A stretch of 64,000 bases of DNA from the NCBI GenBank assembly GCA_012295275.1, contig CM022669.1, positions 13,082,001 through 13,146,000 on the forward strand. The letters run 5' to 3'. A program made the translations under genes and the position numbers. The DNA comes from Chrysomallon squamiferum (lineage: Eukaryota > Animalia > Mollusca). Numbering within the stretch: position 1 is the first letter of the stretch; the number at the start of each line of letters is the position of its first letter. The notes beneath the pieces are model-generated. The model saw only the letters and a list, made by a program, of their open reading frames with translations, searched no databases and was not told the origin of the DNA. This document shows, piece after piece, positions 28,208-42,339 of the stretch.

Positions 28208-28291
<84 letters not shown>
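28208..28291. repeat. (TC)n microsatellite
   Basis: Directly visible. Confidence 0.97.
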
Positions 28292-28297
<6 letters not shown>

Positions 28298-29690
28298 CAC
28301 AGTCTATTTTTTTCTCAGTTTCTGTGGGGTTTTTTCTAACAAAACTAACAAAACATTATCTTACAGCTAGCTACCTCATTGTGCATTCTGCCATACCGTA
28401 TTTATACGAGTACAAAGCCGCAACGCTCGCAACAAACCTGAAATCGAATTTTTCGTTCTAAAACAGTTTCTTTATCGTCTACGTTCGGACCATCGATTGT
28501 TTTTTCAGTCTTAAACGTATCGTATGTAGTTTACATATGATAAACACTTCACATCTATGTATCACACTGCATCGATTGCGCATTTCATTTATTTATGCAC
28601 TTACGTTTAATTTACAAACGATGTAATGACGACTGAGTGCGTAATCAAACTCGTTTCGAGAACAAAACAAATCGACAAGGCAGACAGTTGGCGTGCGATA
28701 ACCGATCTCGCTTCAATCGGTTATGACAGACGACGAGTGAAATCAAAATCGAAGCCGGCGAGCAGGTGATATCGATTAGGCTGCGGAGATATGAATCGTT
28801 TGATATCGACACCTTGTTAATCTCCTGTTGTCAGCTTTTGTAGCAGTTTGTATTGAGAGATTCATTTATCAAACGTGACCGACGGTTTCTCTGTCGACTT
28901 GTTTGCAGAGTGACTCAAAAATGAAAAATGATTGTGTTGCAGGTATTACGACGATGCTGAGCAATGTTGTTGTAGTGGTCCTGAGAGAAGTAGACTGAGA
29001 GACATTATATATTTGTTTATCCACTTACAATTTTGTTAATTATGTTAAAAATAAGTTTATGTATAAATCCCGTCATTTTATACAAACGATAATTTTATTG
29101 ATTATTTCAAAAATAAATATGTAGCACAGCTATTACTTATTAATCTACCTCTTCTGTTATATATTTGCGATCAGAAAGTTTGTTAACTTGTTTGGGACAT
29201 GTTACTCGCTAGGTTTCCGTATTTATACGTATATCTGTGTGTCTGTGTGCATAACTGTCTGTCTGTCTGTAAAAGGCACAGAGGGAGATAACACTTTTTA
29301 GAATACTTTATCACAACATCTCTTCTCTCAAACTCACACATTTAAATTAAGTGTTACGTATAAGGTTTAACTCTGTGCATGAAATACTCCAGTTTTGTAC
29401 AGCAAATTACACAGAAACATGGAGTTAATAGTCGTCGTAAAACTGCTCCGTGTCCACCGAGATTGCTAAGTGTGGTCCGAGATCAGACAGCTCCGCAGTT
29501 AATCAGAACTTCCTGGTTAAAAGCCCGCAGTAAAATCAATCGCGATTCTCATTGGTTGTAAATCTGACATTGAGTGTTTAGGTAATCTGTGTCCAGTGCA
29601 TGTTAAGTGTTTTGTTTCATCAAAAGATCTTTTGAATTAAAATAATTGCTACTATTATCATCCAATACAGCTTCTATTGATACTCGTACC

Positions 29691-29738
<48 letters not shown>

Positions 29739-30029
29739 GTACTACAACGATTATTATTAATTATTATCATTATCACAGTTATTAGTGTTATTACTACAAC
29801 TGTTTCTGCAGATACGACTGGCATTACTGCTACTACGTCTATTTATCTGTATGTTGTAAAATAATGTTATGTTACTACTGTTACTACAGTTATTAGCATT
29901 ATGTATTCGACTACAGTTACTGCCGATGGTGTGATGTTTATAACAGAATATGTTATTTAGAGTAAGTGAGAGCAAAAATGGTAGTTTTGATAGAGACCCT
30001 GGCAGTTCAAGTAGTAATAGTTATTGTTG

Positions 30030-30181
30030 TTGTAGAAGTAATAGTAGTAGTAGCAGTTGTAATAGTAGTAGTAATAGCAATAGTAGTAGTAGCAATAGCA
30101 GTAGTAGCAGTAGTAGTAGTTGTAGTTGTAGTAGTAGCAGTAGTAGTAGTAGCAATAGCAGTAGTAGCAGTAGTAGTAGTT

Positions 30182-30215
<34 letters not shown>

Positions 30216-30327
30216 CAATAGCAGTAGTAGCAGTAGTAGTAGTAGCAGTAGTAGTAGCAATAGCAGTAGTAGCAGTAGTAGTAGTAGTAGTAGTAGTAGT
30301 AGCAGTAGTAGTAGTAGCAGTAGTAGC

Positions 30328-30362
<35 letters not shown>

Positions 30363-30363
30363 C

Positions 30364-30407
<44 letters not shown>

Positions 30408-30807
30408 CAGCAGTAGTAGTAGCAGCAGTAGCAGCAGCAGTAGTAGCAGTAGTAGTAGTAGCAATAGCAGCAGTAGTAGCAGTAGTAGTAGTTGTAGTAG
30501 TAGCAATAGCAGTAGTAGCAGTAGTAGTAGTAGTAGTAGCAGTAGTAGTAGCAATAGCAGTAGTAGCAGTAGTAGTAGTTGTAGTAGTAGTAGCAGTAGT
30601 AGTAGTAGCAATAGCAGTAGTAGTAGTAGTTGTAGTAGTAGTAGTAGTAATAGCAGTAGTAGCAGTAGTAGTAGTAGTAGTAGCAGTAGTAGTAGTAGTA
30701 GTAGTAGTAGCAATAGTAGTAGTAGCAGTAGTAGTAGTTGTAGTAGCAGTAGTAGTAGCAGTAGTAGTAGTAGCAACAGCAGTAGTAGCAGTAGTAGTAG
30801 CAACAAC

Positions 30808-30856
<49 letters not shown>
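30030..30856. repeat. About 830-bp (AGT)n/(AGC)n triplet array with higher-order structure
   Basis: AGT triplets with recurrent AGCAATAGCAGTAGTAGC and AGTTGTAGT interruptions. Gives poly-S, poly-V and poly-L ORFs. Confidence 0.97.
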
Positions 30857-31361
30857 CTGGCAACAGTTGTTCTAGCAGTAATATACCAACCACTACGTGT
30901 GAACTCCTTGCATTATGCTAAACCTTTTTCTTCATGCAGTATCTTCTTCATTTTATCTTTCCCATGTTTTGAAATTAGTTTTTATTGGCAAAATCTTTAC
31001 ATGGCGACCTGTATTGCTTTATCTGATAATACGATGCACAGTTTCCATCAATCTAGACCTGCAGATAACCCTTGTTTGCAATATACGAGCCCATTAGTTT
31101 TCTAAAGTGCATCATTAAAGTCTACGCTTTAACTTATTTACTGTCCTGCTGCATTAATTTATGATTCATATGGAAACGGTTTAAGGGAACGTTACAAACG
31201 TCTTGTTTCATGTTGATAGCGACTCGGAAATGTCGACTGTAAGGAGTAGTGCTAAGGTTAGATCGATAAGGAAATATGAAACATTAATATTTTCGATAAA
31301 AATCTTTATTTAAAGTGATTTTGAAATTGTTTATTTTGTTTGCTTATTTGTTTGTTTGTTT

Positions 31362-31392
<31 letters not shown>

Positions 31393-31899
31393 GTGTCTGT
31401 AAATTTACTTGTTTGCTTGGTAACTTCATTACGTGCTTATTTGCTTATTCATTCATTCATTCATTCTTCTGTCTCTCAGCCAAGATCCGTGTGTCCAGAA
31501 GTTATACTGTTTTTAATAAGTATTTTTTATTGGTATATAATACAGATAGACAGGTAGGTACATAGGTAAGTAGGAGAGTATGTAGAGGTATAATTATAAG
31601 TTGGTTTATAACGATAACATACGTTGCAACACGTTTAATGTTTACAAAGAAAGGTTCGTTTTCTCTATTAATCACAGCTGTTGTTACTCAAAGAACGATA
31701 TAAAAGAAAAATAATTATTTATCTGGTTTCGTTTAATCAGAATATACTATGATAATTTGCATTATGAAGCTTTGATATAACAGAGTGAACAGATTATTAT
31801 TTAATTCATTGCAGCTTTCTTGAAAACTTTGGGCCCGACAACTACGAGATCGAATCTCGTTGGTGCGCTCATTGAGACTTGTGATCAGAGCTTAAGACT

Positions 31900-32160
31900 T
31901 GTATTTTGTTTTTGTGACTCGTGTCCGTATTTTGTTCTTTATGATTTGCGTCCGTATTTTGTTCTTTGGGACTTGCGTCCGTATTTTGTTCTTTGTGACT
32001 TGCGTCCGTATTTTGTTCTTTGTGACTTGTGTCCGTATTTTGTTCTTTGTGACTTGAGTCCGTATTTTGTTATTTGTAATTTGTGTCCGTATTTTGTTCT
32101 TTGTGATTTGTGTTCGTATTTTGTTATTTGTGATTTGTGTCCGTATTTTGTTCTTTGTGA
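31900..32160. repeat. 27-bp minisatellite, 9-10 copies
   Basis: Unit TCCGTATTTTGTTCTTTGTGACTTGYG with point variants. Confidence 0.95.
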
Positions 32161-32482
32161 CGACTACTGACAAGTTCATTTTAAAAACATCCCATGCGCT
32201 AACTGTGTGCAGCAGAATAGAGATTTACAACGTTCATAGATTCTTATTATTTGTTTTTTATGTCGTATGTTTTTTGACCTTATAATCGTTAATATTAAGA
32301 ATCTGTTGAGTTTTCGTTGAGATGTTATTGATCAAATCTTTACATTACGTGAACAACGTTCGTGTGTCATCTCACTCAGGAAATAAAAAGTAATAAATCT
32401 ACAGAAATAAAATCTTAAATTCATGTTACAGAAAAAAGATCCTCTTTTGTTTTTTTACTTGATATAGATCTTTTTATTTTTT

Positions 32483-32516
<34 letters not shown>

Positions 32517-33044
32517 CTTTTTCTTTATGTCAGTAAAACCTTTGAGAAGTCAAAAATCCATCAAATTAATTAAAAACATAAAATATTTCATGGATGCTTT
32601 TATTTTTATTATTGTTTTATTTTACCTTATTGCCGTACCAAACAAAAAAAATATTGACAATCTAGAGAGATAAATATTTTTTATTTCTAAATTTTTTATT
32701 ATCGTATTTTTCGAAGAGGTTTTCTATTAATTTAATTCAAATGAAATGTCAAATGATTATGTTTAGATAGTAAAGTTTAAATCGATGCTCGTTTGATCAT
32801 GTTTTAAGATATACAGAAGTATTATTTACACAGGCTGGAATCTGACAACAGAAAGCCGTGCATACAAATTCGGCTTAACTGAAATTCCATAAACTTAATT
32901 TTAATCCGTAATATAATTATTCATTTCATAATTCACGATTTGAAATGCTAAAGAACTTATTAACAATGCTTAGCCCCAGAATACAGTAATAATCTTTTAC
33001 GTTTACAAAAACGAATGAAAAATTAATTTTATTAATAAGTAGAG

Positions 33045-33082
<38 letters not shown>

Positions 33083-33230
33083 CAAGGCTATTTTTCAAAA
33101 GACTGTTTGCCATGAATCACCAAATTCTTTCTGCTCCCGATATTAAATTTCTCAGCTGTTTTGTTCTGTTATTTTTAAAACTGAAATATTTGATTTTCTT
33201 TGTCTTCGTCATCAACTTGTTACGTTTTCA

Positions 33231-33246
33231 TGACTCACTGACGTCA
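33231..33246. promoter_or_regulatory. Adjacent AP-1 and full CRE motifs
   Basis: TGACTCA-C-TGACGTCA at the start of a GC-richer island (about 33230-33520). Motif match only. Confidence 0.3.
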
Positions 33247-33905
33247 CCGATGCGTGACGGATCGATACCAGGGACCGCCCGTCCCTCGACACAAAGGTAT
33301 GCACGTGCGATAGTGTCATTGTGGGGCTGTCACTGAGTAGCGGATATGAAAACACAGAAAGGGTGTGCGTGCGTGTTATTAAAATGATTCACCTGGTCGA
33401 TTTGAAACTCAGGTGAAATGCATTACAGGTTGAGTCACCTGGATGCTGGTGACAAAGAAATATTTGTCCATCGCCGGCCAAACGCAACTGACATAATTAA
33501 AACCTGATCGATATCTTAGCGGGGGGGATGGGGTTGTTTGTTTCCCTTTTTTTTTTTTTTTTTTCTTTGTCTGGCTAATTCTATAGGTATCTATCTCTAT
33601 TACTAGACTGTCTCTTTCTCTCTGACTTTTCTCTCTGTTTTTCATGTGCATGTACAAACACACAAATACTTTGTTATATTCCGTATCAATAAATATTTGT
33701 TTCTTCAGTTTCTCTTGGTTTCAGTCACAAACACGTTCTTCGTGAATGTGTGTTTGCGTGCGTGTGTACATATATGTATATAGATAGAGAGATAGATATT
33801 CATACAGACAGACAGACAGATAGATATAGATACACATATGTAGATAAATTACAGCTTTATTCTTCTTAATTTTTCTTTCTCACACAATCGGGTCAGTACA
33901 AACAC

Positions 33906-34024
<119 letters not shown>

Positions 34025-34594
34025 CCCACTTCATTTTCATTTTCTCTTTCGAACAGTATACTTTTCAGTGAATCACTCGAACAATACTAATGGTCCCTAA
34101 ATAATTAATATAAATAAAAACAAATTAAAAATTAAAATGCCGTAGTGTTGAATTATTAACGTAGAATCAATTTCTCAAACCGTAAATCTTCAATTAATAT
34201 CGTAAACTGACATCTGAACCGATTTGACCAAGCGGTGAAACTTTTAATCACGACTAGCCTGCAGACATCGTTGGTGACAATATTAATACGTTGAAAGCAA
34301 AAAAAAACGGAAAAGAAAAAAAAACTGAAATCTTTATTTTGTAATGCTACAAGGTACTTGTGTGCTTGCGGTTTTTCGTTAACTTTTTCTCTGTTTTCAG
34401 ATTTTCCTGTGATATTATTTTTGTTGTTGTTGTTGTTGTTTGTTTTTGGGGGAGGGACGCAGGCTGTGTGTTTGTGTGTTTGTGTCTGTTTTGTTTGTGG
34501 AACGTCTCACAGAGTTTTGCAGTAAAGGAAGACATTTTTTTTGTCTGTTAGTTAATATATGTGTTTGTATGTGTAAGTAAATATATGCGTGTAT

Positions 34595-34596
<2 letters not shown>

Positions 34597-34655
<59 letters not shown>

Positions 34656-34747
34656 GTATATATGTGTCTATATGTATACTTGTCACTATTTTTTCTTCTT
34701 CTTTTTCTTTTCCTTTTACCTTCTTTAATAATAACTTTTTATTCAGT

Positions 34748-34811
<64 letters not shown>
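34597..34811. repeat. (GT)n (34597-34652) and (AG)n (34751-34811) microsatellites
   Basis: Directly visible. Confidence 0.94.
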
Positions 34812-34812
<1 letters not shown>

Positions 34813-36424
34813 GAAACGTAAATTGCACTCGAGTGAAATTTAATTATAAACACAAAATACATTTCTGTATCGTTCACATTAACATGAAAAAAAAATATTT
34901 CATGCTATCATATTATTTGTTTAAAATGATTCAAAACTTGATACAACCACAATTAAAAGAAAATTACGCGAGTATTCACGCTGTCATATTGTATGTTTAA
35001 ACGATTTCAAAATTTGACGCAATCACCAAAACTGATGAGTCATTACTTAAATTGTTTGACACGTCATCATCGGGTGGAAATTAATATTTCATTCGTCGAT
35101 CGATGACGGGTTTGGGTTGTATTCACGTACTGCACCCTTGTGTGTACTTTTTATGTTTTAAATTGTTTGTTTAGAGTATCGTGCGACAATATATTTGATT
35201 ATATCTGTTATGATACGGATATTAAAAAGTACTGTTGTCAAGGCTAAAGAGATTTATAGTATAATTTAATATGAAAATAGGCAAACAAAGCGACAGACAG
35301 ATGCATACAAAGAGACAGGCAGTCTGGTAGGCAGAAAAGAGATAGATAGTCTACAGACAAAGATACAGACAACCTTTATAAATCAACAAAAAGATATTCA
35401 AAATATTACTGATTGTTGTTTTTATAAATTAGTGTTTGTTGCAAATTTTTCTGATTTGATTTTTTAATTATTACTGATTAAAGTTAGATATGGTTATAGA
35501 AAATTTGACGTAATAAAATAAAACTAATTCATTATCGTATAATAAAACTGTTCTGATTGACCCTCAGATCAAACACAAAAACAGACGTTGAAGAATACAG
35601 AGACAAAGATGCAGCTTTGTTTAATGACTCTTAATTTTATAATATCTAACTACGACTGCAATTATAAAAAAAAAAAAAAAAAAAAAAAGCTAGGCAAACA
35701 AAGAAATGAAAAAAAAAAAAAAAAAAAAAAAAAATAATCACTTGAAATAATAATAAGGGAGACAAAAAGCAATTAAAAAATTAAAAACACACACCAAAGA
35801 AACCCACGAAATTATAAAAAGGACAAATTATTTCCTTTTTTGGTAATAAAAACATCAGGCTTAATTCAAAACAAACAAGTTTAATTTGTTAATGTAAAGA
35901 GACAATCGAACTCAGCCTGCCAGATGTTGGACAATTGTCCGATATGCACGGGACAATTATCAGTCGATCTTCAGACCTGCTTTGCAGTGGCGTTCTCAAA
36001 GTGCATGTTTAATGCGGGATATTTTATTTCTTTATTTTTATTTTATATTTTTTTAATTGCGTCTGTTTTTGTAAATTTTCCTTTGATTTCTTTTCAATTG
36101 GCGATTTATTTGAATGTGGTTCAAGATCATGAATTAGTTTTATTATATTAAATTTTCTATGATTATATCTCATTTTAATCATTAGTAATAAATAAATCAA
36201 ATCGGAAAATTAGAAAATTCATACTTTTTTTTCTTTTACCTTCTTCTTTTTTTTTTTCTTTAAGAATAATCTTTGTAAATAGGTGTTTCCTTTTTCATAT
36301 AATAATTAAATATTAAATAGAAATTTAGATACAGCTAATAACAGAATGCGTTCAAGTGTTTTTAATCTAATATATACATATACATACATATATATATATT
36401 GCTATTCCTTGCCATCATCATCAT

Positions 36425-36498
<74 letters not shown>

Positions 36499-38329
36499 AT
36501 TTTGTTCTTTGATGATGTTCATTTTTTTTTCTTAAAACTTTAAAGTTTTCGTTTTATTTTTATATTTCCTTCTGTCTCTTTTATTAACAGCAAGTTGTAC
36601 TTTTCAGTTATTATGACACTGACAAAGTACGTTTCATATCCATCTAAAAAAGAATCTATAGAAGTATCTAAGAACAAGAAAGAAACGAAAAGATTAGATT
36701 TATCAATATCTGTCATTTATCTAGAGTAAATATTAAAAAAAAAAAAAAAAACGAGTAAAGAAAGATGAGTAAAAATGTGACTTTTTTTCTAAAGCTTCGC
36801 AAAATATGAAGAAGCCAGCCATGTTTTTTAAAAATATTCGGTTAATGACAGATCGACGAATAAAAATAAATAAAAAAACGAATAAAATGATTCGAGAGAG
36901 AATGCATGAACAGAATAGTGATGGATGTAAATTGAAAATAATATGGTCGTAATATAAATTAATTTTATCCCGTTTCAGTCCGTTAGTTACGTTTTGAAAG
37001 TTTTATATTTGTTTTATTTTAATATTTGTTAATATATTGACTTGCTTTTCCTTATTTATTGATTTATTATTCTTATTTTTTATTTATTTATTTATTTTGT
37101 ATGCGCTATTTTTTCTTTCTTTTTTTTTAATTTATTTTTTTTTTTAATTTTTTTTTTATTTTTTTTTTTTTTTTTTTCTTATTTATATAATTATTGATGA
37201 TTTGCATTCTCTATTTCTTACTTTTCTTCTTTCTCTTTTTTATTTTATTTTATTTTTTTTTTTTAACACAATCTTTTCTTCCTGTTTTTCTGTTCATTTG
37301 CCCATTTCAGAAATCATAAATTTCATTTTACGCGGCATTTCCAGTTTTCACACGTAATCTGCGGCGGTTTGTTCTTACCCGTCACAACTTTCTTTTGAAG
37401 TGCTGCCCTGCATCGATCTCGCGATCAAACGCCTTCCGTAGATCAAACGCGAAAGAGTATGACGACAAAAACTGCCATTAACCTCGCAGATTGATGACAA
37501 CAAGATTCCGACATAACGTTCCGCGCTTCAGCACACCCCAAATCGTTTCCTCAGAACAAATAAAACTTCTTTAAAGTCGCGTAAAGCCGGCAGAAGCCTC
37601 GGTACATGGTCTAAACTATTTGGCGAAATAAGTTTTCGCAATAAAAGTGTGAATTAAAGCGGTTAATATTTCCTTCGGCTGGCTCGGGGTACGTTACGAA
37701 CTGACAGAAAATCGTTGAGGCCAATTTCGGTTGTTGGGGGGGGAGAAGGAGGTCTCGCAGCACTGTTTTCTTTTTCTGACAAAGTGACAAGGCGTTTTTG
37801 TTAATACTATTCGCTAGACATCTAGTTCTTACTAATAGACGTTAGCGACCTATGCCGGAAATGTCGAAAAACTGTTTTATTCCAGAATAAAGGACTGAAT
37901 GCGAAAAAGAAGAAAGCATAATTTTATTTCTTTTGACTGCCGGATTATGTCAACTATTATTATTTTTTTTTTTTTTTTTTTTTTTTTCAGATCTTGTCTA
38001 TAAAAGTCACGAACAAAACGAAAGAATGAATGAAACATTTTTATTTGAAAATGAAAGGTGAATATTAATGTTGATTAGATTTTCCAGTAATAGAGGCAGG
38101 TTTGTGTTAAAAGGGAATGTTTTTTTTCATTGTTAAGGTCATAACTTTAAAGGTGTAATTTAATTTATACAAAAAAAAAAAAAAACAATCTGGATTAGAA
38201 AATACATACGAGGTTTACGCCATAGACGTAATGTCGGAAAGAATATAAGAGGTGCGCCAGCTTCTTAGTATAAAAAGTATTCAAGATGTAGTTATTCACA
38301 TATACGTGATAATAGCTGTAATAGTACTA

Positions 38330-38444
38330 GTTGTAGTAGTAATAGTAATAGTAGTAGTAGTAGTGGTAGTAGTAGTAATAGTAGTAGTAGTAGTAATAGT
38401 AGTAGCAGTTGTAGTAGTAGTAATATTAGTAGTAGTACAGTAGC

Positions 38445-38475
<31 letters not shown>

Positions 38476-38507
38476 CCAGTAGTAGTAGTAGTAGTAGTAG
38501 TAGTACC

Positions 38508-38541
<34 letters not shown>

Positions 38542-38549
38542 CCACCACC

Positions 38550-38592
<43 letters not shown>

Positions 38593-38624
38593 CCAGTAGT
38601 AGTAGTAGTAGTAGTAGTAGTACC

Positions 38625-38707
<83 letters not shown>

Positions 38708-38708
38708 C

Positions 38709-38739
<31 letters not shown>

Positions 38740-38838
38740 CCACCAGTAGTTGTAGTATTACAGTAGGAGAAATCGTACCAGTACTAATAGTAGTAGTAGT
38801 AGTAGTAACAGTAGTAGTAGTAGTAGTAGTAGTAGTAG

Positions 38839-38869
<31 letters not shown>

Positions 38870-38880
38870 GGTAGTAGTAG
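38330..38880. repeat. (AGT)n array with periodic ACC interruptions, ending in (GTT)n
   Basis: Directly visible. AGTACCAGT recurs several times. Confidence 0.95.
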
Positions 38881-39819
38881 TATACTCGCAATATTTTGTT
38901 CTTTGGCGAATACTGAATCATGGAATATTTTGAGAAGGTTAACGGCAATTAGCTATCAATTATTAATTATCTTTAGTGACAATGTGTTAGAAGAAATCCG
39001 CTACTGTTGTTCCTTACTAACAGTCTAATCAATATTTCACAGTGAAAGTCTCAAATTAAGCTTTATGCCTTGAAATAATTCACTTTACGTTTCATTTTTT
39101 TTTTTTTTTTTTTTTTTATGATTATAACTTTTTTAAATTTTATTAACATTATTTATCTTTCGTTTTTCCTCTCGCCTTTCCTTTCAGCTGAATTTAAAAG
39201 ATAAACGTTGTGATACGTCAACATTTTTCACGATCGCTCGAGCGGTGAACACGAAACTTAGCGTCGATTTGATGACATAGACCAGCTGTCCAAACGACTA
39301 ATTACACCGGTGTAGACGATATGTGGATCCCCGTGTTATTTGGACCGGGGGCGCCCGGGAGCTCAGTGATCGATGATGATCCTCGCGTATCACTATCAAC
39401 TACATTACAGTCATATCAACGCTTTAATGGCTGTATTTCGATTATCGGCTCGTGTTGATTGTAAACCAATGATTCTTCGTCGTGTGGGTCGTGACTCGAG
39501 TAAGATGTAGAGGTTTTTACAGATGTGAGGGGTGAACGTAAAGTGGGCTGGGAGGAACCTGAGCCAGCCCTAAGGATTTTTTAGCGCTCCGGTCATTTTT
39601 TTATATCGGCACTTTTTACACGGAGTCGTAGAAATTTCCTTTGTCAGATCTTTTTCACAGTTTGACTCTATTCAAGCAATTTTCACATTTTATTATTATT
39701 ATTATTATTATTAGTAGTAGTAGTAGTAGTAGTAGTAGTATATCTGTTGGAGGTGGTGGTGTTATTTTTTTTATTTACATTATATATAGACATATATGCA
39801 TACATACGTGCATATATAT

Positions 39820-39820
39820 A

Positions 39821-39886
<66 letters not shown>

Positions 39887-39932
39887 TACTACTACTATTA
39901 TTACTATTATTATTATTATTATTAATACTCTT

Positions 39933-39980
<48 letters not shown>

Positions 39981-39987
39981 TTATTAC

Positions 39988-40020
<33 letters not shown>
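39820..40020. repeat. (ATT)n compound microsatellite
   Basis: Directly visible. Confidence 0.94.
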
Positions 40021-40357
40021 ATTTTGCTCTTTAATTTTTCTTTTTTTCTTTTGAATGATTTATTACTTTTGACAGATCTCAAAACACACTTCCTCGTTTA
40101 GCTCAGCACTGAAGAGTTATAAAGATATCTATTCATAAATGAACGAGATGTGCGTTAGACCTCGCTCTATGATGAGGAAATTACTAAAAGATGATTCAGA
40201 AATAAACACACAGGCCTCATGACGCTACGGTCATTTTATACGAATTAAGCATTGGTCGATTTTCACTTAACGAGACAAGGGTTCCAGATTGTCGGGGTAT
40301 TACTTTACTGAATTTTTTTATTTATATCTTTAATTTGTTCTCTTTTTTTTTCTTTTT

Positions 40358-40393
<36 letters not shown>

Positions 40394-42339
40394 CAATTTT
40401 AATTTTGTTTTCACCATTATTTTATTTTAATTATTATTAATATTTTTCTAAATTTATTTGATTTTGTAATTTCATTTTTATTTAATTTTATTTATTTTTA
40501 TTTTTAACTGACATCTGGCGAATGTTTACTGACAACTATAAAAAAAAAAATGTCTTTTATGTTTTTCTAGATCAGCTATTACCACAACAACTTTTAGTAC
40601 TATTACTATGATTAAAAGTTTAATGATTATTAGTATTAGTGTTGTTGTTGTTGTTGTTGTTGTTTTTTATTATTATTATTATTATTATGATTATTATTAT
40701 TACTGCCAGAATTGTTACTATTACTAAATGTTCTATTATTAGCATAACTATTACCACTAGTATAGCACAATGTCATAATCACCATCGGTCTCACTACTAT
40801 TATTACTGTTACACCCCTCATTACTACTACTACTGTTACTTCTACCATTACAAATTACTACCACTACTACTATTTCTACTCAGACTGATACTATTGCTAT
40901 TACTATTACTATTACTACTACTACCACTACTACCACTACTACTACAACTATTACTACTTCTGCTGTTACTATCACCACCACTACTACTGAGACTGGTATT
41001 ATTGCTATTACTACTACTATTACCACTGCCACTACTACTACCCCTACTACTACAACTATTACTACTGCTGCTATTACAACTCATGCAAAGATCCATTATT
41101 ACTCAGTTTACGAACGATAAGGACAATTACGTCAATAATATTTCCTTTATGACTGATGGCGATTTTAGTTTTAGTTCTTCTTTCTTTCATACACATAATT
41201 AGATCATTTTTTTAACACTTTTCTTTTTCATAACATTAAATCTCTATTAATGTCCTTTATTATTAACTGACTAAACTATTAAATGATGATTCAAAGTCAT
41301 AAATAAAACTAAAAAATAATTTTAAAAATCCAGAAATAATATCCAATGAATTTAAACAAAAGCATATTATTTTTGTTTTCACCTGTCAATTTTATTAGTA
41401 AATTTAAAAAAACCAAAAACAAAACAATTTGCGATCTAAAACAAGCAAAAGAAACTTATCAAACAGTCACTCTACCTTTATCTAAAATATGAAAACTTGT
41501 GAAATTTAAAAATCAGTGAAATCAAATGAAGCAATGCTATCAAATTTTACTTTTCGAATCGTAACCAATTTACGCACTGAAACAAAAAAGTCTGTAACGG
41601 TCCCAAACTTCTCCAGCCGGTCATCAAATGACTCACCCACCTGTCAGAGTGAAAATGACTGTTTATTGATCTGTAATGAAGAAATACATTCTGGCAGCAC
41701 ATAATGGTATTATGGAGCAGTGTTTTTGTTTCGTAGTTAACTACTTCGTGTTGCGGCTGATATGTCTGGCTAGTGAGCGAGTGAGCGAGTGAGTGAGTGA
41801 GTGAGTGAGTGAGTCACCATAGCAACTCGTGGTTTATTTCCAAACAGTGTTGGAATGCCGTTGAAGTTCTGAAGAAGATATTAATAAATCGTTTTTTGGT
41901 CCTTTTTTATTTATTTTTTTTTATATTTTTTATTTTTTATTATTATTATTATTTTTTTATTTTTTTTCTTCTTCTTATTTTTCTTCTTCTTCTTCTTCCT
42001 TGGACGGTGGTTTTTTTAGACAGTGCGTGTTTGTCAGTGAATTCTGCAGACTAAATTAATAAGTTATCGTTCAAAGAATTTAGTTATTTTTGACAGAACA
42101 CGTTAATTATATGTATTAGATAATTTCGACTGTTTCATTTGTTTCATTTTTCATTGTCGCTTTCATCTGGTTGTTTAATTTGTTTCTAGGAATCTGTGTT
42201 TTGTTTTCTGAGTGTTTTTTCTTTTTCTTTTCATTTATTTAAAGACTAGGTTTTTGGGGTTTTTTTTGTTTTTCGGCTGTTGATATTTCCATTTGATATT
42301 TGTTTAATTATACCTTTCATGAAGGCCATTTCTGATGAA

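Noticed and set aside
29950-31105. Longest ORFs (323 aa poly-Ser, 379 aa poly-Val, 290 aa poly-Leu)
   Set aside because: All three are frames of one AGT triplet array. There is no recognisable domain and no clear splice signal.
31820-32179. Cys-containing repeat ORF (CPYFVLCDL)n and its antisense ORF
   Set aside because: A 27-bp unit without a stop opens frames on both strands. There is no ATG start on the plus frame and no known family.
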